Assembly: GCA_051313645.2 (NCBI GenBank)
Contig: JBNRSN020000027.1
Location: 42,842,001-42,906,000 of the forward strand
Reading direction: 5' to 3'
From: Centroscyllium fabricii
Taxonomy: Eukaryota
DNA: 64,000 nt
This document shows, piece by piece, positions 46,563 through 59,305 of the stretch. The notes under the pieces are model-generated. The model did no database searches. It was given only the letters and a program-made list of their open reading frames with translations, and was not told the DNA's origin. A program made the position numbers and the translations under genes. Positions within the stretch are counted from its first letter, which is position 1. Every line of letters starts with the position of its first letter.

Positions 46563-47232
46563 CAGGTTGAACACCGGTAATCCGGCACCCGATGGTCCGG
46601 CAGCTTCAGTGGTTCGGCACGATTGGAAACCGGCGCTCTTCAGTTTGCGGAGCAGCCGCTCGGTGGCGCCACCATTTCCCGTGAAGCGTGAGCGAGCGCC
46701 AAAGGCGTCAGGCGTTTGGGTTTCTGTTTATTTTTTAGGTTTTGTTAAGTGTTCTATCCCCGAGCTCCCTCCCGGGGAGTGTTCGACCCGCGCGCTCCGG
46801 GCCCCAGGGAGTGTTCGACCCGCGCGCTCCGGGCCCCGGGGAGAGTTCTACCCGCACGCTCCGGGCCCCGGGGAGTGTTCTACCCACGTGCTCCGGGCCC
46901 CGGGGAGTGTTCTACCCACGCGCTCCGGGCCCCGGGGAGTGTTCTACCCACGCGCTCCGGCCCCGAGGAGTGTTCTACCCACACGCTCTGGGCCCCGGGG
47001 AGTATTCTACCCACGCGCTCCGGGCCCCGGGGAGTGTTCTACCCACGCGCTCCGGGCCCCGGGGAGTGTTCTACCCACGCGCTCCGGGCCCCGGGGAGTG
47101 TTCTACTCGCGCGCTCCGGGCCCCGGGGAGTGTTCTACCGTGCACTCCCCCCGAACCTTCAGTGGTTCGGTATTTTCAGTGGTCCAGCATCGGCCTGGTC
47201 CCAAGGGTGCCGGATTAACGGTGCTCAACCTG
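46563..47232. mobile_element. Tigger/pogo-like MITE carrying a 32-bp minisatellite
   Basis: CAGGTTGA...TCAACCTG TIRs, TA TSD. Confidence 0.85.
46750..47140. repeat. GC-rich minisatellite, 32-bp unit, about 12 copies
   Basis: Unit CCCCGGGGAGTGTTCTACCCACGCGCTCCGGG. Confidence 0.92.
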
Positions 47233-47730
47233 TACTGGTATGTAATTATTTAACAAATTTGCCATGTGCATTCCTTTTTTAGGGATTTTGAAACTGCTGT
47301 GCCACAAACACTCCTTTTCTGTCCATTAAACATACACCTTAAGCTCTTTTGCTCAATAAACAAGAAAGCTAAATTTTAAAATGCTAAGTTGAAGTAATGC
47401 ACTTTGTAATTGCATTATTTCACATTCCACAGTGATCCTAGGAAATACAGGAGATGCTACACATGGAAGTGTTTCAATTCCAGAAGTGAAGTTGATTGTT
47501 GGAATTAGAATTTTTTTTTAAACTCACGCTTGGTGCTCGTCAACATCCAGCATTTTACTAACATATCCATTTTCTTGTTGATATTATAATTTGGTTGAAG
47601 TTTTTTTTAGTGAGTCAGTGATTATTTGTGTTAACAGTGTAGAAACAGAACACTCCCCATTGACGGCACATTGGGCTATATCCCATGGCTCGGCAAATAG
47701 TTGTTTATGTTATAAAAAATCTATATTAGC

Positions 47731-47936
47731 TCAATTCAATTCAATTCAAGTTTTATTGTCATTGCAGAGTACTAGTACAATACAACGAGACGAAGACTCG
47801 ACGCTCCTGAGAGTAGCGCAAATAAATTACATGCAAATGCATACAGTAAAGTGCATTTTCAGGTGTGCAGGTACCGGAGTTTATTTTTAGAGTTCAGGAG
47901 GCTGACAGCCCTGGGGAAGAAGCTGTCCTTAAATCT
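47731..47936 (-). mobile_element. Rex1/Babar LINE 3' fragment
   Basis: Reverse complement of ~57360-57563 with (GAATT)n tail. Confidence 0.8.
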
Positions 47937-48082
47937 GTCCTTAACTCAAGTACAGTTCTCTACATATTTAGTGTTATCGCAGAGTAGATTTTATTCCTTA
48001 CAATAATATCGAGCCTCTTTTCTACTTCCAGGTTTGCACTGCAGAGATCGTGAACTGTTGAGATATTTTGGTCAAGTTACTA

Positions 48083-48377
48083 CAGGTTGAGCACCATTAA
48101 TCCGGCACGGTCGGGACCAGGCCCGTGCCGGAAAAGTTAAAACTCCGAATGATTGAAGCTTTGGCGAGCGCATGCGCAGACCATTCATAATGGCCACCAC
48201 GAAAGGCCGGTGGCCATTTTGAATGGTCTGCGCATGCGCTCATCGTTCGGGAAGGCCCGGGTATGCGCAGCCAAGCACGGCGGCCATTTGGCGCATGCGC
48301 AGATCAGTCAGCCGGATTCGTTCCGGACGACTGAAGTTGCCAGATTAACGGTGTCCGGATTAACGGCGCTCAACCTG
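48083..48377. mobile_element. Tigger/pogo-like MITE
   Basis: Same TIRs as 36194-36580, TA TSD. Confidence 0.88.
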
Positions 48378-48431
48378 TATTTGTGCTTGAGCTTTATAAT
48401 AGCAGGTATCTGGTATAGCCCAATGGGAATA

Positions 48432-49442
48432 CAGATTGAGCACCGTTAATCCGGTACCTGAAAAACCGGCAGCTTCAGACGTCCGGCCCAGATTTCCCCG
48501 AATGGTCGGCGTATGTGTAAAATGGCCGCCACGCTTGGCTGCACATGCCTGAATAAAATAATAACAAGTAAAAATCAATGCATATCAAGTGGAAATGAAA
48601 GCTCCCTATCAGCAATTTCAATAAAATAAATTCCAATGCAAAAATTAGCAAGTGATAAATAACAAGGTGCAGAAGGGGAACCAATGAAATACTTGCAAGT
48701 ACTTTTGCAGTTCGAGTTACCCAGCTCCCTCCACAGGCTGTGAAGAGAACCTTGCCGAGAACATTCCCGAACGATGAGCACATGCGCAGACCATTCAAAA
48801 TGGCCGCCGGCCTTTCGCGGCGGCCATATTTCCCTGAGTGGTCAGCGCATGTGTAAAATGGCCGCTGCGCTTGGCTGCACATGCCTGAATAAAATAATAA
48901 GTAAAAATCAATGCATATTAAGTGGCAATGAAAGCTCCGTATCAGCAATTTCAATAAAATAAATTGCAATGCAAAAATTAGCAAGTGATAAATGGCAAGG
49001 TGCAGAAAGGGAACCAATGAAATACTTACAAGTACTTTTGCGGTCCGAGTTACCCAGCTCCCTCCACAGGCTGTGAAAAGAACCTTGCCGAGAACATTCC
49101 CGAACGATGAGCACATGCGCAGATCATTCAAAATGGCCGCCGGCCTTTGGTGGTGGCCATTTTGAATGGTCCCGAACGATCCCGGGCCTCCCCGAACGAT
49201 GAGCGCATGCCCAGACCATTCAAAATGGCCACCAACCTTTCGCGGTGGCCATTTTGAATGGTCCAGAACATTGATGCTTTGGCGAGCGCATGAGCAGACC
49301 ACTCAAAATGGCTGCCGGCCTTTCGCGGTGGCCATTTTGAATGGTCTGCGCATGCGCTCGCCGAAGCTTCAGTCGTTCGGAATTTTCACTTTTCCAACAC
49401 GGGCCTGGTCCTGACTGTGCCGGATTAACGGTGCTCAACCTG
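48432..49442. mobile_element. Tigger/pogo-like MITE with ~333-bp internal tandem duplication
   Basis: Same TIRs, TA TSD; ~48515-48816 repeated at ~48851-49148. Confidence 0.85.
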
Positions 49443-50437
49443 TAATTGCCCAAAGTTCCAGTGACATGATGCCATCAGTTGCAGAAACCAGGACCAAGAG
49501 CTAGTCTCAGTCTTGGCAACTTTTCCCAACGCATTAGAGTTTGCTAATTTGGCAGCGGTCTTGTTTACATTTTTCATTGAATGAAGACTTACTCCTCTCG
49601 CTATGTATGCCTTTACAGTTTTTTTAATTGCAGAGCTCCCCCTCCACTCCCCCCAGCATTTCTGTATCTCCGCACTTCAGTGAATGAAAGGCACCACACC
49701 CAGCGTAGCCTTCAGTGAACACCGCAGTGAGATACTGAGCAAGAGTAGGGGGCAGCAATCACAGCCCTTCAATTCTTTTCACTTTGCAGTCCCTGTTTGA
49801 AGTATTGATAGAGGATCGATTCATGGGCCTTGAAATTTAAGCAGTTACTGGGATCCAGGAGGCGGAGTGGTGGGTCGTGGTAAGACAGTGGCCTTGTTAT
49901 CTGTTGAAAGAGGCTTTCGGAAGGAAGTAATTTCAATGCAAGGTACCACATGCCTTTGATATCTCCCACAAAACAGCCTTTCATTTTTATTTTAGCTGGT
50001 AGAAAATCATTGTTTTTAATCCATGGGCTGTGCAGTCCCAACATTTGCGTTAATAGTGCCCAAAATAGCCATCAGCCAAATGCTCTTGTGAGTGTCTCCA
50101 TTATTTCAATACAGAATCAGCATCCTTTTCATTCCTGGACGGTCATTCAGAGCTGTCAATCATTCAAACAACTCCATGCTGGCTGAATACTAGCTCTGTG
50201 AGATTTTAACATTAGTGCCCAGAGGAAGGAAGGAGAAACCTTGCAGAAAATTAAAGAAGCATATTATAGGCCACTGCATCCCATAATTGCCGCCTTTTAA
50301 TTAAAAGTTCAGAAAAGAATGTTGCATTTTGAAAGCGACTTAATGTGATAAATCTCAGCCTGCAGCACACTACCTGCAAATTACTCAAGATTTAACATCC
50401 TTTGAGTTAGCAGGCCAGCCCACACTTGCAAATACTA

Positions 50438-50738
50438 CAGGTATACAACCCCTTATCTGCAATTCCGAAAATCGAAATGCTCTGAAAACCAAAAGTTTTT
50501 TCGTGGAGCGTCACTCGTGTGCACGACATGACCCGGGTTGCGGCCGACGCTTGACCCACGCAGGTGTGAGGCGTCAGTTGTGTCTCAGCGCTGCTACCAG
50601 TCACACGTGCTTCTGCTGCTCTCTGATATTTTTTGTGATTTTGTGATTTTGAGTTTAATTTCACTGTGAAAATATCAAAATTCTGAATTCCGAAAAGCAT
50701 CTGGCCCCAAGGGTTTCGGATAAGCGGTTGTATACCTG
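50438..50738. mobile_element. Tigger-like MITE, second family
   Basis: TIRs CAGGTATACAACCCCTTATC / GATAAGCGGTTGTATACCTG; TA on the left, GA on the right. Confidence 0.8.
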
Positions 50739-51099
50739 GACTATATTTCACCCCTTTTATGTATTACACTATCACTGCGTCTTCATGAATAAGAGTGTAA
50801 TACGAGTGATAGAGCGTCAACAGCCCATTTACATTTCTCACGATCTTTATTTTCGCAATGGAAATAGAGAGTGATGTAAAATGGGCTGTCAACTTGCCAT
50901 TGCCTGTAAATGTCGAGATCTACCTCCGTTTGTTCACGTACTCTTATGCACTGTCCCCATTTTAATTTATCATACACTCTTTTGCATTATGTAAAAAAAA
51001 CAAAGAGGGAACACTGAACACTGAACACAGTTCAACGAGATTCCGTGCACATCTCTGCCCACCAGAATTGTCGGGATCAATCTTGCGATCCCAGTTCCA

Positions 51100-51502
51100 G
51101 GGCGGCACGGTGGCATAGTGGTTAGCACTGTTGCCTCACAGCACTGGAGACCCGGGTTCAAATCCAGCCTCGGGTACTATCTGTGTGGAGTTTGCACATT
51201 TTCCCCGTGTCTGCGTGGGTTTCCTCCGGGTGCTCCGGTTTCCTCCCACAGTCCAAAGATGTGCGGGTTAGGTTGATTGGCCAGGATAAATTGACCCTTA
51301 GCGTTAGGGGGATTGAATATGTGGGGTTACGGGGATAGGGTGGGATATGTGTCGGTGCAGGCTCGATAGGGATCGAGGGATATGGGGACAAGGCAGGGAC
51401 AGGGTGCTGGGTTTGGATGATCAGCCATGATCTCATTGAATGACGGAGCAGGCTCGAAGGGCCGAATGGCCTACTCCTGCTCCTATGTTTCTATGTTTCG
51501 AT
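51100..51502 (+). mobile_element. V-SINE (HE1-like), full length
   Basis: A box TGGCATAGTGG, B box GGTTCAAATCC, V core, CR1-type tail with (TATGTTTC)n; sits within a small inverted-repeat relic (51073-51098 / 51510-51535). Confidence 0.9.
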
Positions 51503-52088
51503 CGGAGCCAGGAACGAGGGGCGGAAGATTGACCTCAACAGTGTGCCACAATCCCTGTTAGAGGAAAGCAAAATACAAGAGTATCTTTATTTAAATAAAA
51601 GTTGAGTCGCAGTGTTTGTTGACCAGGCAATTGTGATTGAGAATTTTGAAATAGAACATCCTTGTCTGTGAATAAAGCAGCTTTAAACTCGAACCAGAAT
51701 GGCGCAGCTGTACAGCTTGTTTAGAATTTAATTGGTACAATGGAGCTCTTGCTTTTCCTCGGCATAATTACTATACCTTCCCATCTCCTGGTGGGCTAAT
51801 GTATTATAGGTAGTGTTTCTGCAATTAACAAGACAAACCAAATACATTTTAATTGATTTGATGATGGTCTTGAAAATACAAATTGTAGCTAAACTGATCC
51901 TGCTCGCTATCTCAACCCCTTTATTAAAAAAAAAAGTTTTGTTTTTTTTAAACAGGCCAGTTATGCTGCACATTTTGCTTTAATACAAAGCTGTTCCAGT
52001 TTCACATCGATCCAGACCGTGTAGTGTCTCGGGAATGAAATCGCCAGTGTCAAATTTGGGAAAGCAGCACAAGATCACCCGAGAACAG

Positions 52089-52377
52089 TGTTACCGAATT
52101 AACGACCTCGGAGACGAGTTATTAAGAGGAGAAAACTATAGGCTTTTATTAGCTAAAGGTGGACATGCACCAGCTAGTCGACCGTCCCCAGGAATGGCCG
52201 GGGAGAGGGAGACGGCCGCTTATGTACCTGGTCCTGGGAGGGAGGAGTCACAGGCGGGGCCAGCATGGGCATGTCCAGGTGATCACAGCATATATAGTCA
52301 GAGAACACTGCCAGATATATATGATCATCTGGCATTGTTCTCTGACTATATATGCTGTGCCTATATGCATCACTTCA
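52089..52377 (-). repeat. Probable solo LTR related to the Mag-like family
   Basis: Minus strand TG...AACA with GACTCCTCCC, GTACATA and TTTAGCTAATAAAAGCC blocks shared with the other LTRs; no TSD found. Confidence 0.65.
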
Positions 52378-52468
52378 CTTCACCTGACGAAGGAGCAACG
52401 CTCCGCAAGCTTGTGATTTCTAATAAAACTGTTGGACTATAACCTGGTGTTGTGTGACTTCTTACATT
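52378..52468 (+). repeat. Penelope pLTR fragment with mutated hammerhead core
   Basis: CTGACGA(52384-52390)-A-GGAGC-AAC-GCTCC-GCAAGCTT (GAAA mutated to GCAA), then AATAAA. Confidence 0.6.
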
Positions 52469-52735
52469 TGCGTTTATATAGCGGCTTCTTACAGACGTAA
52501 ATGTCCCAAGGCACGTCGCAGAACAAAACCTGCATGCCAAGCAGTGAGATCGTTGTCCGAAAGTATGGTTAAAGAGAGAGGTTTGATTTAGGTCCCTCAG
52601 GTGGAGAAGTAAGATTTTAAAAAGGCAAGGGATTTAGGGAAGGATTTCCAGAAATTAGTTCATGAGACCAGTGCAGACTCTACCATCAATGGTAGAGCAG
52701 AAAGAAAAACAATGCACAGGGGTCCAGAGCCGGAA
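52468..52735 (-). mobile_element. Old L2-like LINE 3' fragment
   Basis: TTGCGTTTATATAGCG...GTCCCAAGGC resembles the reverse-complemented L2/DeuSINE tail; highly diverged. Confidence 0.45.
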
Positions 52736-53264
52736 GACTGAAGGAAATAGGCCGAGACGTCCTCAAGGAGATAATCTCAGTAGTGCAAAGCAAAGTTTAA
52801 AAAATTCCCACACAGTCCACTGGACAGCCGGTGTGAACTTTTCAAACTTCACTTGCAATCCTAATGCCATGCCAACTGCCTTGTTGATCATCTGCTAACT
52901 TTAAAAGTTACCCAGCATTTTAATACTGTTGGATAAACATGCAGATCTCTGGCCAGAGGCTGGCATGGAGCCTGCAGTATGTCATGAGCCTGCTACTGTG
53001 CGTTGCTGCAAGCAAGTGCCAGTCTCAAGCTTGGTACCTTTAGTACAATAGCACCATTAAACAACATTGGACCTTGGGTAGGCCAATCTTTGGTCACCTT
53101 ATTTCATCTTGGTAGCAAGCAAGTTTTGAGTTCTGGTTGGTGGTTATTGTACGTGGAGTTTAGATTCAGTGTACCTGAAGACAAGAGGTCCCAAAATTAG
53201 AAGGTTTTATAAACGTGCAATAATTTTTAATGATTTAAATCAGTAGAAAATTTGCAGAAACATT

Positions 53265-54071
53265 GGGGGTGAATTTCATCTGGCCGTGAGGCGGGGTTTT
53301 GGGCGGACCGGCCAGCAAAATAGTGGATACAGCGAGTCCCGCCCCCTCCCCCCCCCCCCCCCCCCCCCGCCATATCCCCGCCGCTTTTTCATTTTCCCCC
53401 GCCCAGATTCCCCGCCCCGAAACCTTCCCGCCGCCGGCTGGCGGGGATGGGTTGTCACCTCGTTAAGGGCCCTTAATTGGCATTTTTAATGCCATTTTAA
53501 GGGCCCTCAGCCATTTTGCCCTGTTTCCTGCCCTAACCCCGTCACCTTAAACCCCGCTGGGTGAAACCCAGTGGGAGCACAGCGCTGGTTATCACTTTCT
53601 CCTTCAAGGTGTGAAGGACATGCTGCCAAATGCTTGGTATGCCTCCAGCACCTTAGAGGAGTAAGTTACTCCGTTCTGTCTGCAGCAGCTGTGAGCAAAA
53701 ACTGAGAAAACTCATCTCTGAACATTTGCTCACAGCCGGTGCGAGCTGTCAAGGATTCTGAGCCCGCCCGCCCACCTGTCAGCCACCAGCACTTGACCTT
53801 TCCCATTAGTTCCACTCGACGGTGATGTCACAGTGGAGTGTTTCCATGGGAACTGTCAACAACCAGTGCTGGAACTGTCAATCAAACTCCTCGCAGCCCC
53901 GTTGCAGCCCGACTCGATTGAGGTAATTACCGCCCACTGCCGCCGGCGTGGATTTAACAACCTAATTAAATTAAAATTGCGTGGCCTTCCCAGCTGTGCG
54001 GGCGGGCGGGACCGGAAGCGGACCAGACCAATCCCCGCCAAGTTCCCGCCCTTCCGGCAAAATCGCCCCCC
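53265..54071. mobile_element. Harbinger-like MITE family A
   Basis: Collinear with 670-1438; termini GGGGGTGAATTT / AAAATCGCCCCCC; ATT on both flanks. Confidence 0.82.
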
Positions 54072-54831
54072 ATTGATTAAGATGTAATAACAGCATGTAA
54101 TAACAGATGTAATAAGATGTTCCAGTTAGAAATCAGGAAAATTGGACAAAAAGATCCATCGGATAAAACCATTTCCTGGATTTCATCTCGGTAATTTAGT
54201 GTCTTATACTTGGGTCTTGCCAGTGCCGAAACAATTGATGTTTAGGTCAAAGGTAGACTAACTGTCCTTTCAAATTAATACTTTTATATGCACGAGAAAC
54301 CCAATATGATAATTAATATTCCCACCGCTGTGTCCTCTGGAAGCTGTATATTTTATCTCAACAAACAGAGACTTGGAGATAAGCCTTTGTTTAAAAACCA
54401 AAGCACGAACAGTGCCTTCATTAAGTAAGGCAAGAAGTAATTGTACAGTAGAGCTCAAGCTACACAGCACTACTACACGGGCCAATTGTGGTGTCATCAG
54501 GCTTCAATCCAACTTTCCCAGTAAGTGAACCAATGGCTGTGTGGTGCTTTTATCGAGCAAATGTTGATATTATTAGAATGTAGGCACTGTACATTTTAGA
54601 AATGTAACTGCTCTGCTCAGTTGGTATTGCTTAACTGAAAAAAGCCATGGTTCTCATTACTGGAGTTCATTAGCAAAGTGAAGGTTTACAGGAAAAAACA
54701 GCTGCTAACTTGGGTAGATTCCCAAACATCATAAGGTATGTGCTTTTAATCTGTCTGTTCTGCATTTTGCTAATTCCACCTTCACCGTCATCTTCAGCTT
54801 GTATGTGATTGTTAAAATTGAACTTGTTCAG

Positions 54832-54960
54832 AAACCGCACGCCAGATTCCCTCAAAGGGTTAACGTCCCTCATAAATATTTAAATAAGACTGATCTCATT
54901 CGAAAACCCCACGCCAGATTCCCTCAAAGGGTTAACGTCACTCATAAATGTTTAAATAAG
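54832..54960. repeat. 72-bp period direct duplication
   Basis: ACGCCAGATTCCCTCAAAGGGTTAACGTC at 54839 and 54911. Confidence 0.85.
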
Positions 54961-57124
54961 CCAGCTGTGCTGCTCACATTGTCAACCGAGGAGAATTTGA
55001 GACTATGAAAAATGTATAGTTTAATCAGGCGCACTTCAGTGCATCGTGTAAATGTGAAAATATCAAATCTATTCAAATGTATATTTCAGTAATGACCAAT
55101 GTAAATGACAAATTTAAATAATTGAATAGTTTAGATTTTCTAGACAAAAATGCAAATATACTAATTTCAAAAGAGTTACTTAATTCTGCAATATTTAAGT
55201 CTGTGGTAAAGCAGCTTTTTTGGTCTAATCAGGGTTAACCTGTGCACTACACTAATTCAGAGAGAGAGCTGGTAGAGCATTCCAATCCAGTTTAACCTGA
55301 CTGAAATTATGAATAAAGCAAGATAATTTCAGTTTATTGTGGGAGCATCTTTTCTGTAATTACTACACATCTCATGTGAACCAAACTCTGAAACCTTCCT
55401 CTTTAGTTCTGTCTCCTCTCCGAATATGCCATCAGACAGCCCCTTCCTGTTGGTTATTCCTCATTGCATTCTCCCTCTTTCTTTTCCAGGGCTTCAAAAC
55501 TGGGAAGCTCCTAATCTCCCTCGGTATTTTCTTCCTACAATCTTCAGGCTTTTAGAACCCAAGTTTGGTGTCTCCTGATCACTGCTATGTGATTTACCTC
55601 ACTCTCACATTTTGTTCTCGCAGCCTTTACGATGCCTGCACTGTGGGTCTTCACCATTGTTTCTCTGTAACCAAAAAACACATCATCCGTATGTATTAGC
55701 GCTAGAATCTTCAAAGTCAAGACAGTGTTGTCTATTCAAGCACACTTTTAAGATATCACCAGATTTTAATTTAGTTCCCTATGTGCAGTACATTAACAGC
55801 AAAGCAAAATAATTGCTTTTTAAAATAAACATGAGCCTTAATTATTGTAATTCAGATCTCCCATTTACAAGCACGAGGTTTACTCAATATCCATTATAGA
55901 ATTGACATTTTAAACTTATTTTGCTCAAAATGCAGGTTTCCACACTTGCAAATTATAGGGTGCAGCATTTGAAAAGTGAATCGTGACGTGGTGATGTGCC
56001 GTTTGACCAGCCATTGTGCAATTTGGTAATTGGAATTCATGTTACAATTATAAAAAAGATGCACTTCCTTCAGTTTCCACACTTTCTTCTTTGCACCTTT
56101 GGCGGTCTCATTCCATTTCTTTCCCACTTATTCTCGCTGTTGCTGCATCTCTCTTTCTTCATTGCTGTCCTTTTTCCAGTAACATTCTTCCTGTCCTGTT
56201 CTTTTCTGTAGCTTACGCTCGGGCTAGCATAATCTCCATCATTTAAATGGGCGAATGGCGTTTGGGGAAAATGCAGCTTCACAAAAGGAAGGCTCAGTCT
56301 TTAATCAGACCCGACTGCCCACTCCCACTTACCAGGGAGGGCTATTCCCAATGTCCTGATCTTCTAACAATCTGAAGTTTCTTATTCATTTTTGTTGGCC
56401 AAATATTTTAAGGATGGTGGTTTGCTTTGTTGAAATAATGTGTGTAAAACACAAAGAAGACTGAGGGTCAGGCTCTAACAAGTTGGACTTGTGTTAGACC
56501 ACAATGTGATTTGTGTTTAAAGCAATGGCTTTTCATGCTGTTTGGGGAGGTGGCATTAACTGCACGATCACTTCCATTCTGCACATATCAATGGTCATTT
56601 ATTTGAACAAAGCTATGTATTTGCTTTTCTGTATTATAGAACCTTGTTTGTTCTTCATAGTGAAAGAAAGAAATTGTACTGAAACTGCACCTCACCACAT
56701 CTCTCCAAGTACCAAAGCACATCACATGCAATCAGATGCTTTGAAGTGCAGTCACTGTTATTATGTAGTGCCTCAGATGTGTTCATTGTTCTTGACGGTC
56801 CCTTTCTGCGCCCAAGGTTTCCATGCACCTGTCATTTAAAAGAAAAGTGTTGCTCTCACCGATATACATATTAAAGCTCATTTTTTAAATGGTTACGGGT
56901 AAAAGGGCTCCAACAACTTCTTTAAAGCTTTTTTCTACCAGTGTGCAAGTTACTTCCGCCTGTTGGTTTGTGATTTTAATGAGCAAGTGGCGGGGGTGCC
57001 ACTTGTGGAGCTTTTGAAGCCTGTTGAGCCGGAACGTCCCAACCACCACCAGCTGACTTACTCCGGACCGACCCTGTACAAATCGCCGGGTGGATGAACG
57101 AGTAAGAAGCAAAACTCTGTTGAA

Positions 57125-57563
57125 GGATGGAATGGAAATTGCACTATCTCGGACCGGAAAACCCTGCAGCGGGTGGTCAAAACTGCCCAACGAATCACCG
57201 GTACCCAGCTACCGTCAATGGAAAGCATCTTCCTCAAACGTTGCCTACGGAGGTCTCAGAACATTATTAAAGACCCCACACACCCCAGCCTCCGTCTGTT
57301 CGCCCCCCCCCCCCCCAGCCCTCCGGGAGACGCTACAGATCAATTCGCACCCGCACGACTAGATTTAAGAACAGCTTCTTCCCCAGGGCTGTCAGCCTCC
57401 TGAACTCTAAAAAAATAAACTCCGGTACCTGCACGCCTGATAATGTACTTTACTGTATGCAATTTGCATGTAATTTATTTGCCCTACTCTCGGGAGCGTC
57501 GAGTCGTCGTCTCGTTGTATTGTACTAGTACTCTGCAATGACAATAAAACTTGAATTGAATTG
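57125..57563 (+). mobile_element. Rex1/Babar LINE 3' fragment
   Basis: RKTLQRVVKTAQRITG...IIKDPTHPS...SGRRYRSIRTRTTRFKNSFFP ORF end; AATAAA plus (GAATT)n tail. Confidence 0.82.
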
Positions 57564-58412
57564 GATGAATTTTGAAGTAGTTACATTTATAGGGATTGGA
57601 GAAAGAATAGTTCCGACTGTGGCTTTTTAATTGTACCATCTATTACTTATTGTTGCGTGGTAAAAGTAGCCCAAATGGAGTTTCACACTGTAGTCACACA
57701 GACTAATGTCATGGGCAACTCTGAGAAATGTCAAATGGAAATGGAAAGTAGGCATTCCAAATGTTTGGGTGACGATGACAAAAGAGAAAGAAAAGGCAAT
57801 AAAATGGCAAATAAAAAGTTTCAAATTTTATGTAGAATTAATTTTTTTTCTGTTTCCCTTGTATTTTTCTTTTCTAACTTCTCTGGTAACACTGAAAATG
57901 TAATTCTGTTATTCTGTTTGCAGTTATAGTAAGGAATGTATAACATGGTTGCTTCCCGTTTGTGATATTGGCCAGAATTAAAATGAGCTGTTTAAGTTGC
58001 TAGTAGTCACATACTGCTGCTGCTGATGTATGTACTCGGTTGGATTCTGTATAGTGTAATTGGTTTTGTGATGTATGGGGCTTTTTTTTTCCTGGAGCTG
58101 ATTTATTATGGTTTGAGTAATTTGTGAAGTGCTGTTTATACAGTATTGGCACTCAGTTTTAATGTTGTTGAGGTGTGTTGTACGTGGAATTTTATACCTG
58201 ACGTGATTTACTATTGTGCAGGGCCATGAGCCATGAATGAAACAGTCCTTTCCATATCCGTATGTTAAATCTGCAATTCTAGCTTTTACAAAGTATTGGT
58301 TCCTTAGGAACCATCTTCAGTGACACATGAATCTAGAATACCTAGAGCCTGCAGTGGTATATCAAAGGACAATGAGGGAAGATTTGCTTTGGTCACTGCC
58401 TTCAAAAAGAAT

Positions 58413-59305
58413 GGGGTCAATTTTTCTGAAGGTGTGGGAAATGGGTGGGTTCCCCACTGATCACTTTATCCTCCCACTTTCTGAAGGGTGTGGAAGCCCC
58501 ACCCAATTTTGGCTCAATTGGCCAATTAAATCCCCGAGTGTGGGAAGCCACTGCCAATTGATTCATTTTACATAGAAAACGGGCGGGCTTTCCACTGTGT
58601 AAGCAGCAGAGCCAATGATTGACAGATCGAAGTGGGCTGCTGTTTTTCTTTCCGTGGTTTCAGGGCATTCTAACGTCATAATCCAATGTAAACAGATTGT
58701 AACCACAACTCGATGAGTGACAGCTCTAACTAGTCTGGTCTGTTTGTGGTTTCAGTCATTTCTGAGGTCACAATCCTATGTAAACAGAAACTAACACCAA
58801 CTGGACGATTGACAGCTCTAAGTGCTTTGTTTGACAGGCAAGCCCCTGACAACTGTGCAGCGCGTCTTACGTGAGCCATTGGGAAGCAGCTGGCTGGTAA
58901 GTTTTTTAAAGGTTTTTGGCCACTAATCTTGGGCACCCTAGGGAGACAGTTAGACCTCCAGCATGTTGGAGGCCAGCAAGCCATTCTGCGGCAGGTGCTT
59001 CAATGCCTTGAAGGTGGAAGTCACCAAGCCGATTGTGTGTCCGCCAGCTTTCAACGGCGGTGTTCCAACCAGGTGGGTTTTGCGTGGGAAGAGGCTCGAA
59101 ATAGCAATGGGCCCTTAAAATGGCATTACCGATGCCAGTTAAGGGCCCCTAATGAGCCTAACGACCATCCCTGCTGATGCCGGATGGGACTGAGGCGGGC
59201 TGATTGGATCCGCCGGGTGAAACTGACAAGCGAGCAGGAATTCCCCCCACCTCCCTTACAGGCCCGCCCAAAACCCCACCTGGCGGCTCCAGGAAGATTA
59301 ACCCC
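58413..59305. mobile_element. Harbinger-like MITE (family G)
   Basis: TIRs GGGGTCAATTTTTC / GGAAGATTAACCCC, TSD AAT; shares the GGGCCCTTAAAATGGCATTA block with family A. Confidence 0.7.

Noticed and set aside
46742-47282. ORFs open in all three frames and a CRISPR-like periodicity
   Set aside because: Head-to-tail 32-bp minisatellite with no unique spacers and no cas genes; ORFs arise from a stop-free repeat unit.
48475-49302. 275-aa hydrophobic ORF
   Set aside because: Lies in a MITE and is made of a tandem duplication; no homology signal.
51100-51175. tRNA-like sequences (also 23237, 59534 and minus-strand copies)
   Set aside because: They are SINE heads continuing into V or Deu cores and LINE tails, not tRNA genes.
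55996-56282. Purine/pyrimidine-skewed short ORFs
   Set aside because: Compositional bias only; no domain or splice support.
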